Assembly (NCBI GenBank): GCA_963805435.1
Contig: CAWDUG010000010.1
Coordinates: 111,176 to 175,175, forward strand
Length of the DNA stretch: 64,000 nt
DNA from: an uncultured Gammaproteobacteria bacterium
GTDB lineage: Bacteria; Pseudomonadota; Gammaproteobacteria; Steroidobacterales; Rariloculaceae
Direction of reading: 5' to 3'
Part shown: positions 18,732 through 29,541 of the stretch, one piece after another
How positions within the stretch are numbered: the first letter of the stretch is position 1
Layout of the letters: the number at the start of each line of letters is the position of its first letter
The notes under the pieces: model-generated
Told to the model about the DNA's origin: nothing
What the model saw: only the letters and a program-made list of their open reading frames with translations
Databases searched by the model: none
Program-made: the position numbers and the translations under genes

Positions 18732-21700
18732 TTGGTCAAGGGCAAACGTGAGTTTGCGTTTGTCTCTGTAGCGATCGCTCTCGGGCTTTTTCTGGCGATG
18801 GGGCCCACGCGTGCGTTCGCAGCCGCGCCACCGATCGCCGCGTACGACTTCGAGGCCGGTTCCGGCAGCACGCTGACCGATCTATCTAATAACAGCCATC
18901 CGGGAACGTTGGTAAACGGACCCACCTGGACCAACGGGAAATACGCGGGCGGTCTTGCCTTCGATGGCGTCAACGACTACGTCTCGATGGGCGACGTCGC
19001 GCAAACGGACGGCCTGAACGCAATCACGGTCTCCTCTTGGGTTAAATTCGCCGTCAACGGTGGTGGAGCCGCCGAAACTCACTTGATCGATAAGTCGCAA
19101 TGCACCGGCAAGTCAGGCGGCGGACCGTGGGAGCTCGGCGTGAGCTTATTCGGTACGCACAAAGCCGAGTTCGTGGTCTATCCGCAGGGGGGCCGACCCT
19201 CGGCGTACGTGCCGTCCGGACCCGGTTTCACGTCAATCGACGATGGCGCGTGGCACTACGTCACCGGCCGTTACGACGGCACCAATCTCTCTATCTGGGT
19301 GGATGGCAACCTGGAAAATTCGCGCGCGGTTTCCGGGCTTACGCTGTCGAGCAGCAACTCCAGCGTAGAGCTAGGCGGTCATTGCAACGGCCACCCGTAT
19401 CCGTTCAAGGGCACGTTGGACGATGTCCGCATCTACGATCGCGCGCTAACGCCGGCCGAAATACTCGGTGACATGGCAACGCCGGTGGGCAACGGGACGG
19501 TTCCGCCGCCTGTCGATACGAGCGCGCCGTCGACCCCGGCGGGTCTTTCCGCTTCCGGGGTGACCACGTCTCAAGTCACGCTGGCGTGGCAAGCCTCGAC
19601 CGACAACGTCGGCGTGGCAGGGTATCGCGTCTATCGCGACGGATCCCTGGCCGGCACGGTTTCGTCAACCAGCTTCACCGCGAGTGGCCTCGCCTCCAAT
19701 ACGAGCTATGCCTTTACCGTGGCTGCGTTCGACGCCGCGGGTAATAGCTCCTCGCAATCCGCACCACTCTCGGTCACCACGACGCCCGCCGCTGATACGA
19801 CTGCGCCGTCCACCCCGGGGGGGCTTTCCGCCTCGGGGGTGACCACGTCTCAAGCCACGCTGGCGTGGCAAGCATCGACCGACAACGTCGGCGTTGCCGG
19901 GTATCGCATCTATCGCGACGGATCCCTGGCCGGTACGGTTTCGTCGACCAGCTTCATCGCGAGTGGCCTCACCGCCAACACGAGCTATGCCTTTGCCGTG
20001 GCTGCGTTCGACGTCGCGGGTAATAGCTCCTCGCAGTCCGCACTACTCTCGGTCACCACGGCGCCAGCCGCTGATACGACTGCGCCGTCGATGCCGGCCG
20101 GTCTTTCCGCTTCCGGGGTGACCACGTCTCAAGCCACGCTGGCGTGGCAAGCATCGACCGACAACGTCGGCGTTGCCGGGTATCGCATCTATCGCGACGG
20201 ATCCCTGGCCGGTACGGTTTCGTCGACCAGCTTCACCGTGACTGGCCTCATCTCCAATACGAGCTACGCCTTTACCGTGGCTGCGTTCGACGCCGCGGGT
20301 AATAGCTCCTCGCAGTCCGCACCACTCTCGGTCACCACGGCGCCCGCGTCATCGGGCAACCCATCACTGCTCGCCGCCTACGATTTCGATGCCGGTTCGG
20401 GCGGCGCACTGGCCGATCTATCTAATAACGGCCATCCGGGAACGTTGGTAAACGGACCCGCCTGGACGAGCGGGAAATACACGGGCGGTCTCGCCTTCGA
20501 CGGCGTCAACGACTACGTCTCGATGGGCGACGTCGCACAAACGGACGGCCTGAAGACAATCACCATCTCCTCATGGGTGAAATTCGCCGCTTCCGTTGGT
20601 GGAGAAACTCACCTCATCGATAAATCGCAGTGCACGGGGAAGTCAAACGGCGGGCCGTGGGAACTAGGCGTGGGCTTGAGCAGCGCGCACAAAGCCGAGT
20701 TCGTGGTCTATCCGCAGAGTGGTAGACCTTCGGCGTATGTACTTTCCGGCGCCAGCTCCACGTCGATCGACGACGGTACCTGGCACTACGTTGCGGGCCG
20801 CTACGACGGCACTACCCTTTCTGTCTGGGTTGATGGACAACTAGAAAACTCACGAGCGGTTTCCGGGCTCACGCTGTCGAGCAGCAACTCCAGCGTAGAG
20901 CTAGGCGGTCATTGCAACGGCCACCCGTATCCGTTCAAGGGCACGTTGGACGATGTCCGCATCTACGATCGCGCGCTAACACCGGCCGAAATACTCGGTG
21001 ACATGGCAACACCGGTGGGCAACGGGACGGCTCCGCCGCCTGTCGATACGAGTGCGCCATCGACGCCGGCGGGTCTTTCCGCCTCGGGGGTGACCACGTC
21101 TCAAGTCACGCTGGCGTGGCAAGCCTCGACCGACAACGTCGGCGTGGCAGGGTATCGCGTCTATCGCGACGGATCCCTGGCCGGTACGGTTTCGTCAACC
21201 AGCTTCACCGCGAGTGGCCTCGCCTCCAATACGAGCTATGCCTTTACCGTGGCTGCGTTCGACGCCGCGGGTAATAGCTCCTCGCAATCCGCACCACTCT
21301 CGGTTACCACGGCAGCAGTCTCGGCAACCGCGAGTTACTCCACCACCTTCGCTGCGAACGAAAATCCACTCTCGGAAGGCGGTGTCTGGACGACGGGCAA
21401 AACGCTAGGACTTGATTGGAACGACGTTCAGACCGGCGGCGGAAATGCATACGCTACTGCCTTCAACAATTTGGCCGTGGCTGCGGACGACAGTATCGCG
21501 CAACTGTCGTCAAACATTGGGATAGGCGTCGACCAGACAATCTCCGGCACTATCCACCGAGCTCCTGGATACAACAGCTCCGGCCAGCACGAAATCGAAC
21601 TGTTCGTCCGCATGAAGATCACGGCACACAATGCCCGTGGATACGAGGTCAACTGGAACGCACAGAACAATTATGCGCAGATCGTCCGATGGAACGGAGC

Positions 21701-21947
21701 TCTAAGCAACTACACGTACTTGAAGGAAATCGCCTTCCGTAAAGTGCCGGCGGACGGGGACGTAGTGAAGGTAACGGCAATCGGAACATCTCCGACGATC
21801 ATCTCCGTCTACTTGAACGGCTCCTTCGTCGATTCGGCTACGGATTCCACGTGGAGTGACGGGCAACCAGGAATCGGGTTTTGGGCCACATCGGGCGACA
21901 CGTTCGCGAGCTTTGGCTGGGCCAGCATCGAGGCGAGCGGGCTATGA
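18732..21947 (+). CDS. Large secreted LamG-(FN3)3-LamG-FN3 protein with an unassigned C-terminal beta-rich domain
   Basis: Signal peptide ending TRAFA, two LamG-like jelly rolls (GGLAFDGVNDYV...WHYV...LDDVRIYDRALT) and four FN3 units (DT..PS.P.GL...WQASTDNVGVAGY...AFDAAGN). The ORF is open from 18435; TTG 18732 was chosen from the signal peptide. Confidence 0.85.
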   Translation: MVKGKREFAFVSVAIALGLFLAMGPTRAFAAAPPIAAYDFEAGSGSTLTDLSNNSHPGTLVNGPTWTNGKYAGGLAFDGVNDYVSMGDVAQTDGLNAITVSSWVKFAVNGGGAAETHLIDKSQCTGKSGGGPWELGVSLFGTHKAEFVVYPQGGRPSAYVPSGPGFTSIDDGAWHYVTGRYDGTNLSIWVDGNLENSRAVSGLTLSSSNSSVELGGHCNGHPYPFKGTLDDVRIYDRALTPAEILGDMATPVGNGTVPPPVDTSAPSTPAGLSASGVTTSQVTLAWQASTDNVGVAGYRVYRDGSLAGTVSSTSFTASGLASNTSYAFTVAAFDAAGNSSSQSAPLSVTTTPAADTTAPSTPGGLSASGVTTSQATLAWQASTDNVGVAGYRIYRDGSLAGTVSSTSFIASGLTANTSYAFAVAAFDVAGNSSSQSALLSVTTAPAADTTAPSMPAGLSASGVTTSQATLAWQASTDNVGVAGYRIYRDGSLAGTVSSTSFTVTGLISNTSYAFTVAAFDAAGNSSSQSAPLSVTTAPASSGNPSLLAAYDFDAGSGGALADLSNNGHPGTLVNGPAWTSGKYTGGLAFDGVNDYVSMGDVAQTDGLKTITISSWVKFAASVGGETHLIDKSQCTGKSNGGPWELGVGLSSAHKAEFVVYPQSGRPSAYVLSGASSTSIDDGTWHYVAGRYDGTTLSVWVDGQLENSRAVSGLTLSSSNSSVELGGHCNGHPYPFKGTLDDVRIYDRALTPAEILGDMATPVGNGTAPPPVDTSAPSTPAGLSASGVTTSQVTLAWQASTDNVGVAGYRVYRDGSLAGTVSSTSFTASGLASNTSYAFTVAAFDAAGNSSSQSAPLSVTTAAVSATASYSTTFAANENPLSEGGVWTTGKTLGLDWNDVQTGGGNAYATAFNNLAVAADDSIAQLSSNIGIGVDQTISGTIHRAPGYNSSGQHEIELFVRMKITAHNARGYEVNWNAQNNYAQIVRWNGALSNYTYLKEIAFRKVPADGDVVKVTAIGTSPTIISVYLNGSFVDSATDSTWSDGQPGIGFWATSGDTFASFGWASIEASGL
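19515..20345 (+). repeat. Three tandem 279-bp FN3-coding repeats (fourth copy at 21045)
   Basis: Units start at 19515, 19794 and 20073. About 19340-19780 is nearly duplicated 1530 bp downstream. Confidence 0.9.
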
Positions 21948-21974
21948 CGGCCCCACCGACAGCGCAGGAATCGG

Positions 21975-22712
21975 CTACCGGGCCAACACCTGCAGGCTAT
22001 ACCCACCAAAGCAGCGTACCGCAAGTTCCGGATTCATACCGAAGAACGCTCGTCGGAGCGGGCGGGCGACTTTTGCCGCCCAACTGATGGACACATCTGG
22101 CAGGCTGTAGAAGTAGTCAACTATCTCGTAACCTGCATACTCCAACGTGCCCAACGCGGTCTGCGTGTTGAAGTGATGCAAATGGCTATGATTCTTGCGG
22201 CGCTGCGTGAATGCGTTACTGCGGAAAGCGCTCTGCACGGAAATATCGAGAGAGAAACTGAAATATTTCCACTCGGCACGATTCTTTATGGCCCGCACGA
22301 ACCCGATGTAGTCCTCCACGTGGTCAACCACTTCTAGGGCCAGCAGGAGATCAAGATAGGGCGTATCAATCGCACAAAAGTCGGCGAGGGAGAATTGCAG
22401 CCGGCTATTTTCGCGCGTTCTCGCCATCTCGATTGCGGGGGGCGCCACATCGTACCCCCAAAAACGGCACGCAGGGTCCAGCTTCTTTTGCAGCAACGCC
22501 AGAACTTCGCCGGCTCCGCAGCCGACATCGCCCACGGTTCTTGGATGCAGCTGACGGCGCTCCAGCGCGTCATAGATGACTTGCGCTTTCCTGGGAGAAT
22601 ATTCCACGTGCCACGACGGGTTCTGTCGAAAGTAGTCCCCGTTGATGTGGGCATCAGTGATCTCGTCCCGGACCGTCTTCATCTTTTGTAGCTGCAAGGC
22701 TGAGTTCGTCAC
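21975..22712 (-). CDS. Class I SAM-dependent methyltransferase
   Basis: VGDVGCGAGE motif I, GYDV, EVVDHVEDY, HLHHF. Confidence 0.85.
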   Translation of the reverse strand: MTNSALQLQKMKTVRDEITDAHINGDYFRQNPSWHVEYSPRKAQVIYDALERRQLHPRTVGDVGCGAGEVLALLQKKLDPACRFWGYDVAPPAIEMARTRENSRLQFSLADFCAIDTPYLDLLLALEVVDHVEDYIGFVRAIKNRAEWKYFSFSLDISVQSAFRSNAFTQRRKNHSHLHHFNTQTALGTLEYAGYEIVDYFYSLPDVSISWAAKVARPLRRAFFGMNPELAVRCFGGYSLQVLAR

Positions 22713-22769
22713 ATAATCCCCCGATTCTGAAGCGTAGCGGCAAGTCGACTGTATTCCGGAGCGGTGGAC

Positions 22770-23954
22770 CTACTGCCGGAACGTGATGCGATAGATCGCA
22801 CCCGCGTAATCGTCGGAAACGAGCAACGACCCATCCGGCAAAAGAAGTAGTTCCGCCGGTCGGCCCCACTTGTACCGCCACAGAAGCCATCCGGACACGA
22901 ACGTCTCGTACGAGACTGCGCGAGCCCCGTCCAATTTGACCAGCGTGATTCGATAGCCCACCGGAGTGTTCCGATTCCAGGACCCATGCTCAGCGATCAA
23001 TATCTGATCGCGATATGCGGTCGGAAACATCGAGCCCGTGTAGAAGAGCATCCCGAGGGCGGCGACGTGCGGCCCGAGCTCTGCAATCGGTGGAACGAAA
23101 TCGCGGCAGTCGCGCTCCTTTCCGAAATAGGGGTCGGCGATATCGCGCCCATGGCAATACGGAAACCCAAAGTGCATCCCCGAGTGGGGCGCGCTATTCA
23201 GCTCATCGGGCGGGAGATCATCTCCCAGTTCGTCACGACCATTCTCGGTGAACCAAAGCTCACGCGAGCGGGGGTGCCAATCGAACCCAAGCGTGTTGCG
23301 AATGCCCTGCGCATAGATCTCGAGGGCACTTCCGTCGGGTCGCAGCCTCATGATCGAACCGTAGCGTTGATCATCGCGCTCGCAGATATTGCAGGGCGCG
23401 CCCACGGGCACATACAACCAGCCATCGGGGCCGAACGCGATGAACTTCGGTGCGTGTTCCACGTCGGTGGGGAAGCCATCACTCACTACGACGGGAGCCG
23501 GTGGATCTCGAAGGCGCTCCTCGATGTTGTCGAAGCGAAGAATCCGGTGGGCTTCTGCCACGTATAAGGCCCCGCCTTGGAAAGCCACACCATTGGGCAT
23601 GTCCAAGCCTCGCAGGAGCGTAATGATCTCGTCCGCGCGGCCATCCCCATCGCGGTCGACGACCGCGTAGACTCTGCCGAGCACCCGCGTCCCCACAAAC
23701 AGTGTGCCCTTCGGGCCACGCACCATTGCACGAGCGTTCGGGATGCCGGCGGTAAAGAGCTCGATGTCAAATCCAGGTGGAACACGAAGGAACAACCTCA
23801 CGGCCGGGGCTAAGAGCCATCCGGGAATCTCCCGTTGCCACCACACGTAGCCTGCGAGTGAGGCGCACGAAACTACAACGCTCAATGCAACCGCGATCGA
23901 CCATCGCAGCAGCCTGTGCCGTGAAGAGTTCACCCGCCCCATCCTAGGGCGCAT
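22770..23954 (-). CDS. PQQ-dependent sugar/sorbosone dehydrogenase family beta-propeller
   Basis: N-terminal TM anchor, NARAM, FGPDGWLYVPVGAPCNIC, GIRNTLGFDWHP, PPDELN, HGSWNR, GRPA, SDDYAGAIYRI. Confidence 0.88.
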   Translation of the reverse strand: MRPRMGRVNSSRHRLLRWSIAVALSVVVSCASLAGYVWWQREIPGWLLAPAVRLFLRVPPGFDIELFTAGIPNARAMVRGPKGTLFVGTRVLGRVYAVVDRDGDGRADEIITLLRGLDMPNGVAFQGGALYVAEAHRILRFDNIEERLRDPPAPVVVSDGFPTDVEHAPKFIAFGPDGWLYVPVGAPCNICERDDQRYGSIMRLRPDGSALEIYAQGIRNTLGFDWHPRSRELWFTENGRDELGDDLPPDELNSAPHSGMHFGFPYCHGRDIADPYFGKERDCRDFVPPIAELGPHVAALGMLFYTGSMFPTAYRDQILIAEHGSWNRNTPVGYRITLVKLDGARAVSYETFVSGWLLWRYKWGRPAELLLLPDGSLLVSDDYAGAIYRITFRQ

Positions 23955-24021
23955 CTCGCTGTGTGTTTTCCGTACACACTTCCAACCAGAACCTCGATTT
24001 CGACATCGGGGAGTCGATGGG

Positions 24022-24678
24022 TCAAAAGAGCAGATTCACTTTGCGCATGTAAAAGGCTTCCGCGAACCCTTCAGGCGCGTTACATTCTATGCCGCGCAAC
24101 CGCGCAAGCGCCTCGAACGTTTCACGCGTAAACCACGATTTGGTGCGCTCAGTCTCGAAGCATTCGAGCAATACTTTGGTCTTGAAGTCCAGTTGCGCAC
24201 GTGTCAGCGCCGAGAAGCCGTTCGGGCTTCCTAGATCACCATCGAATTTCGGAATCTCGTACTCGAAGATCAGGTGGTTGCGATAGGTGTTCCACGTCAA
24301 CTCGTTCACCACCCGATGATCCTGGTGCAGGTCGTGACGATAATGCGTGAAAACAATGTCGGGGTTGAACTCTTGCTTGAGGCGCTCGAAGTAGGCCTTG
24401 ATGTCCGCGCCACAATACGGGAAGAAGCTATTGCGGAAAGACTCGATGCGCACATCCGTATGTTTCGCACCACTCAGAAACCTGCTTGCTGCCCGGCGTG
24501 TCTCCTCGGCGCGGACTACGTTCGAGCTCAGCGTCACCCAGCGTATGCGGACATTCGGCCGGGCGGCCACGAGGCTCTGAATCGTACCTCCGCAGCCGAT
24601 CTCGATGTCGTCGCAGTGGGCACCGAGAAACAGCACCGACTCGATACTCGCTCCGCTGCTCCAACTTAGATGTTGCAT
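24022..24678 (-). CDS. PIG-L family deacetylase
   Basis: GAHCDDIEIGCGG, DLHQDH, YEIPKFDGD, AEAF. Confidence 0.9.
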   Translation of the reverse strand: MQHLSWSSGASIESVLFLGAHCDDIEIGCGGTIQSLVAARPNVRIRWVTLSSNVVRAEETRRAASRFLSGAKHTDVRIESFRNSFFPYCGADIKAYFERLKQEFNPDIVFTHYRHDLHQDHRVVNELTWNTYRNHLIFEYEIPKFDGDLGSPNGFSALTRAQLDFKTKVLLECFETERTKSWFTRETFEALARLRGIECNAPEGFAEAFYMRKVNLLF

Positions 24679-24715
24679 CTCTAGTCCAGCCTAGTTGAAC
24701 TTCGCTTATCGAAGT

Positions 24716-26200
24716 CTACGCCGTCGGGGTCCGCCGGATGCGCTCTACTATGGCGCTCGTCGAGCGAGCGTCCAGCAACGGTACGAGCGCCACGCGGCCA
24801 CCGTCGGCTTCCACGAGATCGCGGCCCACGACCTCTGAGATGCCGTAGTCTTGACCCTTCACGAGCACGTGGGGACGCACCGCACGCAGCGTCTCCAGTG
24901 GAGTGTCTTCATCGAAGATAGCCACGACGTCCACACACGAAAGCGCGGCAAGCAGGGCCGCGCGATCATTCGCCGGAACGATCGGTCGTCCCTCGCCTTT
25001 GAGCCTGCGCACGGACGCGTCACTATTGATGGCCAGCACAAGCACATCACCTAGGCTGGCGGCCTCGTGAAGAAGCGAAAGGTGGCCCGCGTGCAGCAGA
25101 TCGAAGCAGCCGTTCGTGAAGACGATGCGCTTGCCGCTAGCCCGCCACGCCGCAGCGCGAGAGGCGAGCACCTGGCGCCCCAGCAGCTTGCCACCGGAGA
25201 GATCCCCCAGCGCCAGACTGATTTGGTCGGGTCCGATGGCCACAGCACCAACTTCAGCAACAGCCAGTCCGGCTGCGGTATTCGCCACGCTCATCGCCTG
25301 TTCGATGCTTGCGCCTGCAGCAAGCGCGGTCGCCAACACAGCCATGGCCGTATCGCCCGCACCCGTGACATCGGCCACCGCGCGCCGCACCGCGGGAATG
25401 TGATGAATCGCGCCGTCAGCCGCCACATACAGCATGCCCCGGTCGCTGAGTGTAACCACCATGCCGTCGAGCCGTGCCGCTTCGATGAACGGCCGTGCTG
25501 CAGCAGCGACGTCTTGATGATCGTCTGGGCTGAGGCGTCGCCCAGCGGCCTTGGCGAGCTCGCCAAGATTGGGAGTGAGGATGCTCGCACCGCGATAGGC
25601 GGTGAGATCCGCCCGCTTCGGGTCGACCAATGTGCGGCACCCCGCCTCTCGCGCGAATCGCGTGAACGAGGCGATCGCCGCATCTGTGAGAACGCCTTTT
25701 GCGTAATCACTGAGGATCACGACTTCCGGCGCCGGACCTCTCTGCATCCGCTCGTGAAGGTCTGACATCGTGGCCGAATCGCAGGGCGAGACATCTTCCC
25801 AATCGAGTCGAAGGAGCTGCTGGCCATGCCCGAGGACCCGAAGCTTGCGCGTGGTTCTCCTACGCGCATCGAAACAGACCCCCCGAGTATCTACGCCAGC
25901 CGACTCGCAGTCGGCCACGACCTGCCGTCCCGCTACGTCATCCCCAACCACTCCGCCAAGTACGGCACGCCCCCCCAACACTGCCACCTGCCTGGCCACG
26001 TTGGCAGCGCCGCCGAGGCGGTACTGGATGTCGCCGGCGCGGACCACAGGGACTGGGGCCTCGGGCGAAATTCGCTCGACCGCGCCGTGCGCGTACTCGT
26101 CGAGCATGATGTCCCCAATCACCCAAACCTCGCGGCCTCGACACCGCTCGATTATTTCGAGCAGCCGCGAATGGCCGGATTGCCATGCAGGAGCGCTCAA
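24716..26200 (-). CDS. hldE: Bifunctional heptose-7-phosphate kinase / heptose-1-phosphate adenylyltransferase
   Basis: GDIMLDEY, RISPEAPVPV, GGAANVA, SDYAKG, DVTGAGDT, FTNGCFDLLHAGH, LKGEGRP, STS. The TTG start overlaps the gmhA stop. Confidence 0.93.
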   Translation of the reverse strand: MSAPAWQSGHSRLLEIIERCRGREVWVIGDIMLDEYAHGAVERISPEAPVPVVRAGDIQYRLGGAANVARQVAVLGGRAVLGGVVGDDVAGRQVVADCESAGVDTRGVCFDARRRTTRKLRVLGHGQQLLRLDWEDVSPCDSATMSDLHERMQRGPAPEVVILSDYAKGVLTDAAIASFTRFAREAGCRTLVDPKRADLTAYRGASILTPNLGELAKAAGRRLSPDDHQDVAAAARPFIEAARLDGMVVTLSDRGMLYVAADGAIHHIPAVRRAVADVTGAGDTAMAVLATALAAGASIEQAMSVANTAAGLAVAEVGAVAIGPDQISLALGDLSGGKLLGRQVLASRAAAWRASGKRIVFTNGCFDLLHAGHLSLLHEAASLGDVLVLAINSDASVRRLKGEGRPIVPANDRAALLAALSCVDVVAIFDEDTPLETLRAVRPHVLVKGQDYGISEVVGRDLVEADGGRVALVPLLDARSTSAIVERIRRTPTA

Positions 26201-26772
26201 GACGTGCCCTCGGCAAGCAGTTTGGCATCCAGGAGCTCGCAGACGATGTGGATGCACAGAATGTGCACCTCCTGAATACGAGCGGTGACTTGCGAGGGCG
26301 CGGCGATCAGCATGTCGGCAACACTTGCGAGCTTACCGCCCGAGGCGCCCGTAAGGGCGACAACGCGGCAGTTACGCTCGTGGGCCGCCTTTACGGCCGC
26401 GAGCACATTGGGGGAGTTGCCGCTCGTACTGATTGCAAACAGCCAGTCTCCCGGACGCGCAATGGCTTCGATCTGTCGCGCGAAGATTGTTTCGTACCCA
26501 TAGTCGTTTGCCACGGCAGTAATGGTCGCCATACCGCCAGCGATTGCCACAGCCGGCAACGCGCGGCGTTCGTCTTTGTAGCGCCCGACGAGCTCGGCAA
26601 CCAGATGGTCCGCGTCTGAGGCACTGCCTCCGTTGCCGCACGCCAGCAGCTTGTTGCCGCGCGCGAAGCATGCGTGAAGCTCCGAGGCAACGCGCTCGAG
26701 TAGGGGCGGAAGCGTCGCCGCGGCTTCCGTCATCACTCGCGCATGGTCGGCGAAGGCGCTCTGGGGGATCAT
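26197..26772 (-). CDS. gmhA: Phosphoheptose isomerase
   Basis: CGNGGSASDADH, ANDYGY, FARQ, ISTSGNSPN, TARIQEVH. Confidence 0.94.
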   Translation of the reverse strand: MIPQSAFADHARVMTEAAATLPPLLERVASELHACFARGNKLLACGNGGSASDADHLVAELVGRYKDERRALPAVAIAGGMATITAVANDYGYETIFARQIEAIARPGDWLFAISTSGNSPNVLAAVKAAHERNCRVVALTGASGGKLASVADMLIAAPSQVTARIQEVHILCIHIVCELLDAKLLAEGTS

Positions 26773-26803
26773 GATGGATGCCTTCCTCTAAGTGAACCGA
26801 ATT

Positions 26804-27784
26804 TCATCTGTAATGGTCCGCCTTGGCCAAGTAGCTTTGCACATAGTCGCGTACACCCTCCTCGAGCGAGGTGAATGGCGCCGTATAGCCGGCCGCGCGC
26901 AACTTTCCCATTCTCGCCTGCGTGAAATACTGGTAGTTCGGGCGAATGGCCTCTGGCATCGGGACGTACTCGATGCTCGCGGGCACACCGGCGGCACCTG
27001 CTATGGCCTTAGCGAGGGCCGCGAAGCTGCCGGCCTGACCCGTGCCGAGGTTAAAGAGCCCGCTGATTTTGGGGTGTGCGAGGAGCCACACCACCACGTC
27101 GACGCAATCGCGCACGTAGATGAAGTCGCGCAACTGACCACCGTCCGGATAATCCGGATTGTGCGAAGTAAAAAGCGTCACAGGCTGGCCGCTCGATACG
27201 AGCGGGTATTTCTGAGCCACAACGCTCTGCATCGAGCCCTTGTGATACTCGTTGGGTCCGTAGACATTGAAGAACTTCAGGCCCACCCATTGCGGGGGAG
27301 ACGCTACCCCACGTAGCAGCCACTGAGCTACGCGGCGATCGAAGAAGTGTTTACTCCAGCCGTAGGCATTGAGTGGTTTTAATCGAGCAAGTGCCTCGGG
27401 GCCACCGTCGTCTTCAAAACCCTGCTCGCCGGCGCCGTACGTCGCCGCGGACGATGCGTAGATGAACGGCGTGTCGTGCTGGACGCACCAGTACCACAGC
27501 CGCGTGCTCAGCCCGACATTCACGTCGAAGACGAGGTCGGCGTCCCTGGCGGTGGTGGAAGAAATGGCTCCCATATGAACGATAGCATCGAGCCGCTCAT
27601 GCTGCGCCAGCCACTGGTCAAGCTGCTGGGGCTGGATGATGTCTGCGACGTCTGACTTCGCCACGTTGCGCCACTTGTCGCCGTCACGGAGGCGGTCGCA
27701 CACTGTCACGGCGCGACGGTGCTCACACAGGGCGGCCACTATGTTCGAGCCGATGAAGCCGGCGCCGCCGGTAACGAGAATCAC
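26804..27784 (-). CDS. hldD: ADP-glyceromanno-heptose 6-epimerase
   Basis: [66 protein letters not shown]. Confidence 0.93.
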   Translation of the reverse strand: MILVTGGAGFIGSNIVAALCEHRRAVTVCDRLRDGDKWRNVAKSDVADIIQPQQLDQWLAQHERLDAIVHMGAISSTTARDADLVFDVNVGLSTRLWYWCVQHDTPFIYASSAATYGAGEQGFEDDGGPEALARLKPLNAYGWSKHFFDRRVAQWLLRGVASPPQWVGLKFFNVYGPNEYHKGSMQSVVAQKYPLVSSGQPVTLFTSHNPDYPDGGQLRDFIYVRDCVDVVVWLLAHPKISGLFNLGTGQAGSFAALAKAIAGAAGVPASIEYVPMPEAIRPNYQYFTQARMGKLRAAGYTAPFTSLEEGVRDYVQSYLAKADHYR

Positions 27785-28021
27785 CGATGCACTCCTGATC
27801 TGGTCAGACTAACCCCGGTTCAGATCCCGGGCGGCGGTCAGTTGGCGCCAACGGAGTTAACGCACTGTCTTGCCTAGAATTCTCGCTGAACGGCATAGCG
27901 AACGCACTGACCCGGTTCCGGAAGTGGAACGCATGTCGCACTGTCGTCCCGTGTGAGGACCTGGACCGCAGGCCGCCTTGTCATCCGCTGGGCGCGCATC
28001 GCCGTGATATCTTCGGTTCGT

Positions 28022-29318
28022 CTATCGCGCCTCAAGACGCGACGAGCGCCCGATGCCGAAGTAAAGAATGCCCGCTGCTTCGACGTCGGCCCGTGACCAA
28101 AGATTGCGTCCGTCCAGAACTACCTCGACTCCCGCAGCGCGCCAGGCGACAAAGTCGGGCTTCGCAAATTCCTTGTGAGCAGTATTCAGAACGACGACCT
28201 GAGCGCCCTCTATACGACCCTCGATCGAACCCCAACGAGCGCAGCTCCCCATCGGTATAACACGGATCCTCCATCGTCACGATCGCTTCGAGTGTCCGTA
28301 GGTGATCGCGCAACGAGTAGGCGGGGCTAAACGTATCGACCTTCACGCCCGGACGAAACGCGAGACCGAGCAAATGCACTCTGGTACCGCGCAGCGAGCG
28401 CCATGTCGCCGCCACACGATCGAGCTGTCGAGCGGGTTGATAGTCGTTGATCTCACGCGCTGCCTCCGAGATACGTTGGTTCATCCCGAGACGCCGCGAC
28501 TCGCGGGTCAAAAAGTACGGATACACCGGTGTGCAGTGGCCGCCAACACCGATGCCGGGTAGCAGTAGGTTGGCCTCGCCATCGCTGTTCGCAGCCGAGC
28601 GGACGCGGTCGAAATCCACTCCCGCAAGTTCACAAAACGCAGCGAGCTCGTTCGCGAGTGCGATGTTGACATCGCGGTACAGCATGCCGAGCAGCTTGGC
28701 CGATTCGGCAGCTTCGATGCTGCCAACGTCATCGACCGGCGCACCGAGATAGGTTCCGTACAGCGCCATCGCCCGATCACGCGACGCGGCGTCGATGCCT
28801 CCTACGACCTTCGGTGTAGTTTCTAGGCGCGACAACACGAGATTCGCTTTTACCCGCTCGGGGCTGTAGGCCAGCATGAAGTGCTCGCCCGCACGCAGAC
28901 CGCTGTGCTCCTCGAGCACTGGGAGCAAATGGCGCCGCGTGCCGCCTACGCTAACAGTGGTCTCGTAAACAACGAGGGTTCCGGCGCGCAGGCCCTTGCC
29001 GACCGCGGCCGAGGCCGCACGCAGAATGGTAAAGTCAATCTCGCGCTCCGGTGTCAAGTGTGCGGGAACGATGATCACAACCGCATCGGATTCTGCAACC
29101 GCCTTCGCGGTGTCTGTCGTCGCAGTCAACCGACCAGCTTCGTGAAGCTGGCCCATCAGTTCGGCCAGGCCGGGCTCCTCGTAAGGAACCTCGCCCTGAC
29201 GGATACTCGCGACCAGCGCCGCATTGATATCAGCGACGGTAACGCTTGCTCCGTGTTTGGCGAAAACGCACGCTAAGGGAAGGCCCATGCGGCCCCCGCC
29301 AACCACCGTAATCTTCAT
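28022..29318 (-). CDS. Nucleotide-sugar (UDP-HexNAc/UDP-Glc) 6-dehydrogenase, frameshift near 28220
   Basis: VVGGGRMGLPLA, ETTV, YSPERV, YRDVNIALANE, GIGVGGHC. The C-terminus (LNTAHKEF...LDGRN) is in another frame. Confidence 0.87.
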
Positions 29319-29435
29319 ATCTCTGCTGGTTCCCTTCATCTTCAAGCCATGCCAAAGGGCGGCTCTAACCTAGTCGATGGGCAGACCCGTTGCGGTCGGG
29401 GTTGGCAAGCGCCGCATCGGTGAAACGAACGCCAT

Positions 29436-29452
29436 TGCATTGTATGCGCCAG
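29436..29452 (-). promoter_or_regulatory. Sigma-54 promoter upstream of the dehydrogenase/heptose genes
   Basis: Minus strand CTGGCGCATACAATGCA (GG-N10-GC), with a PrsR-box-like TGTAAAAGCAGCGACC at 29505-29520. Confidence 0.65.
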
Positions 29453-29541
29453 CAGCCCGCCGAACATCCCAAACTCCTCACACTTATGCCCGTTGCATTC
29501 CATATGTAAAAGCAGCGACCGGCACGGGCTCAGTCGACCGG

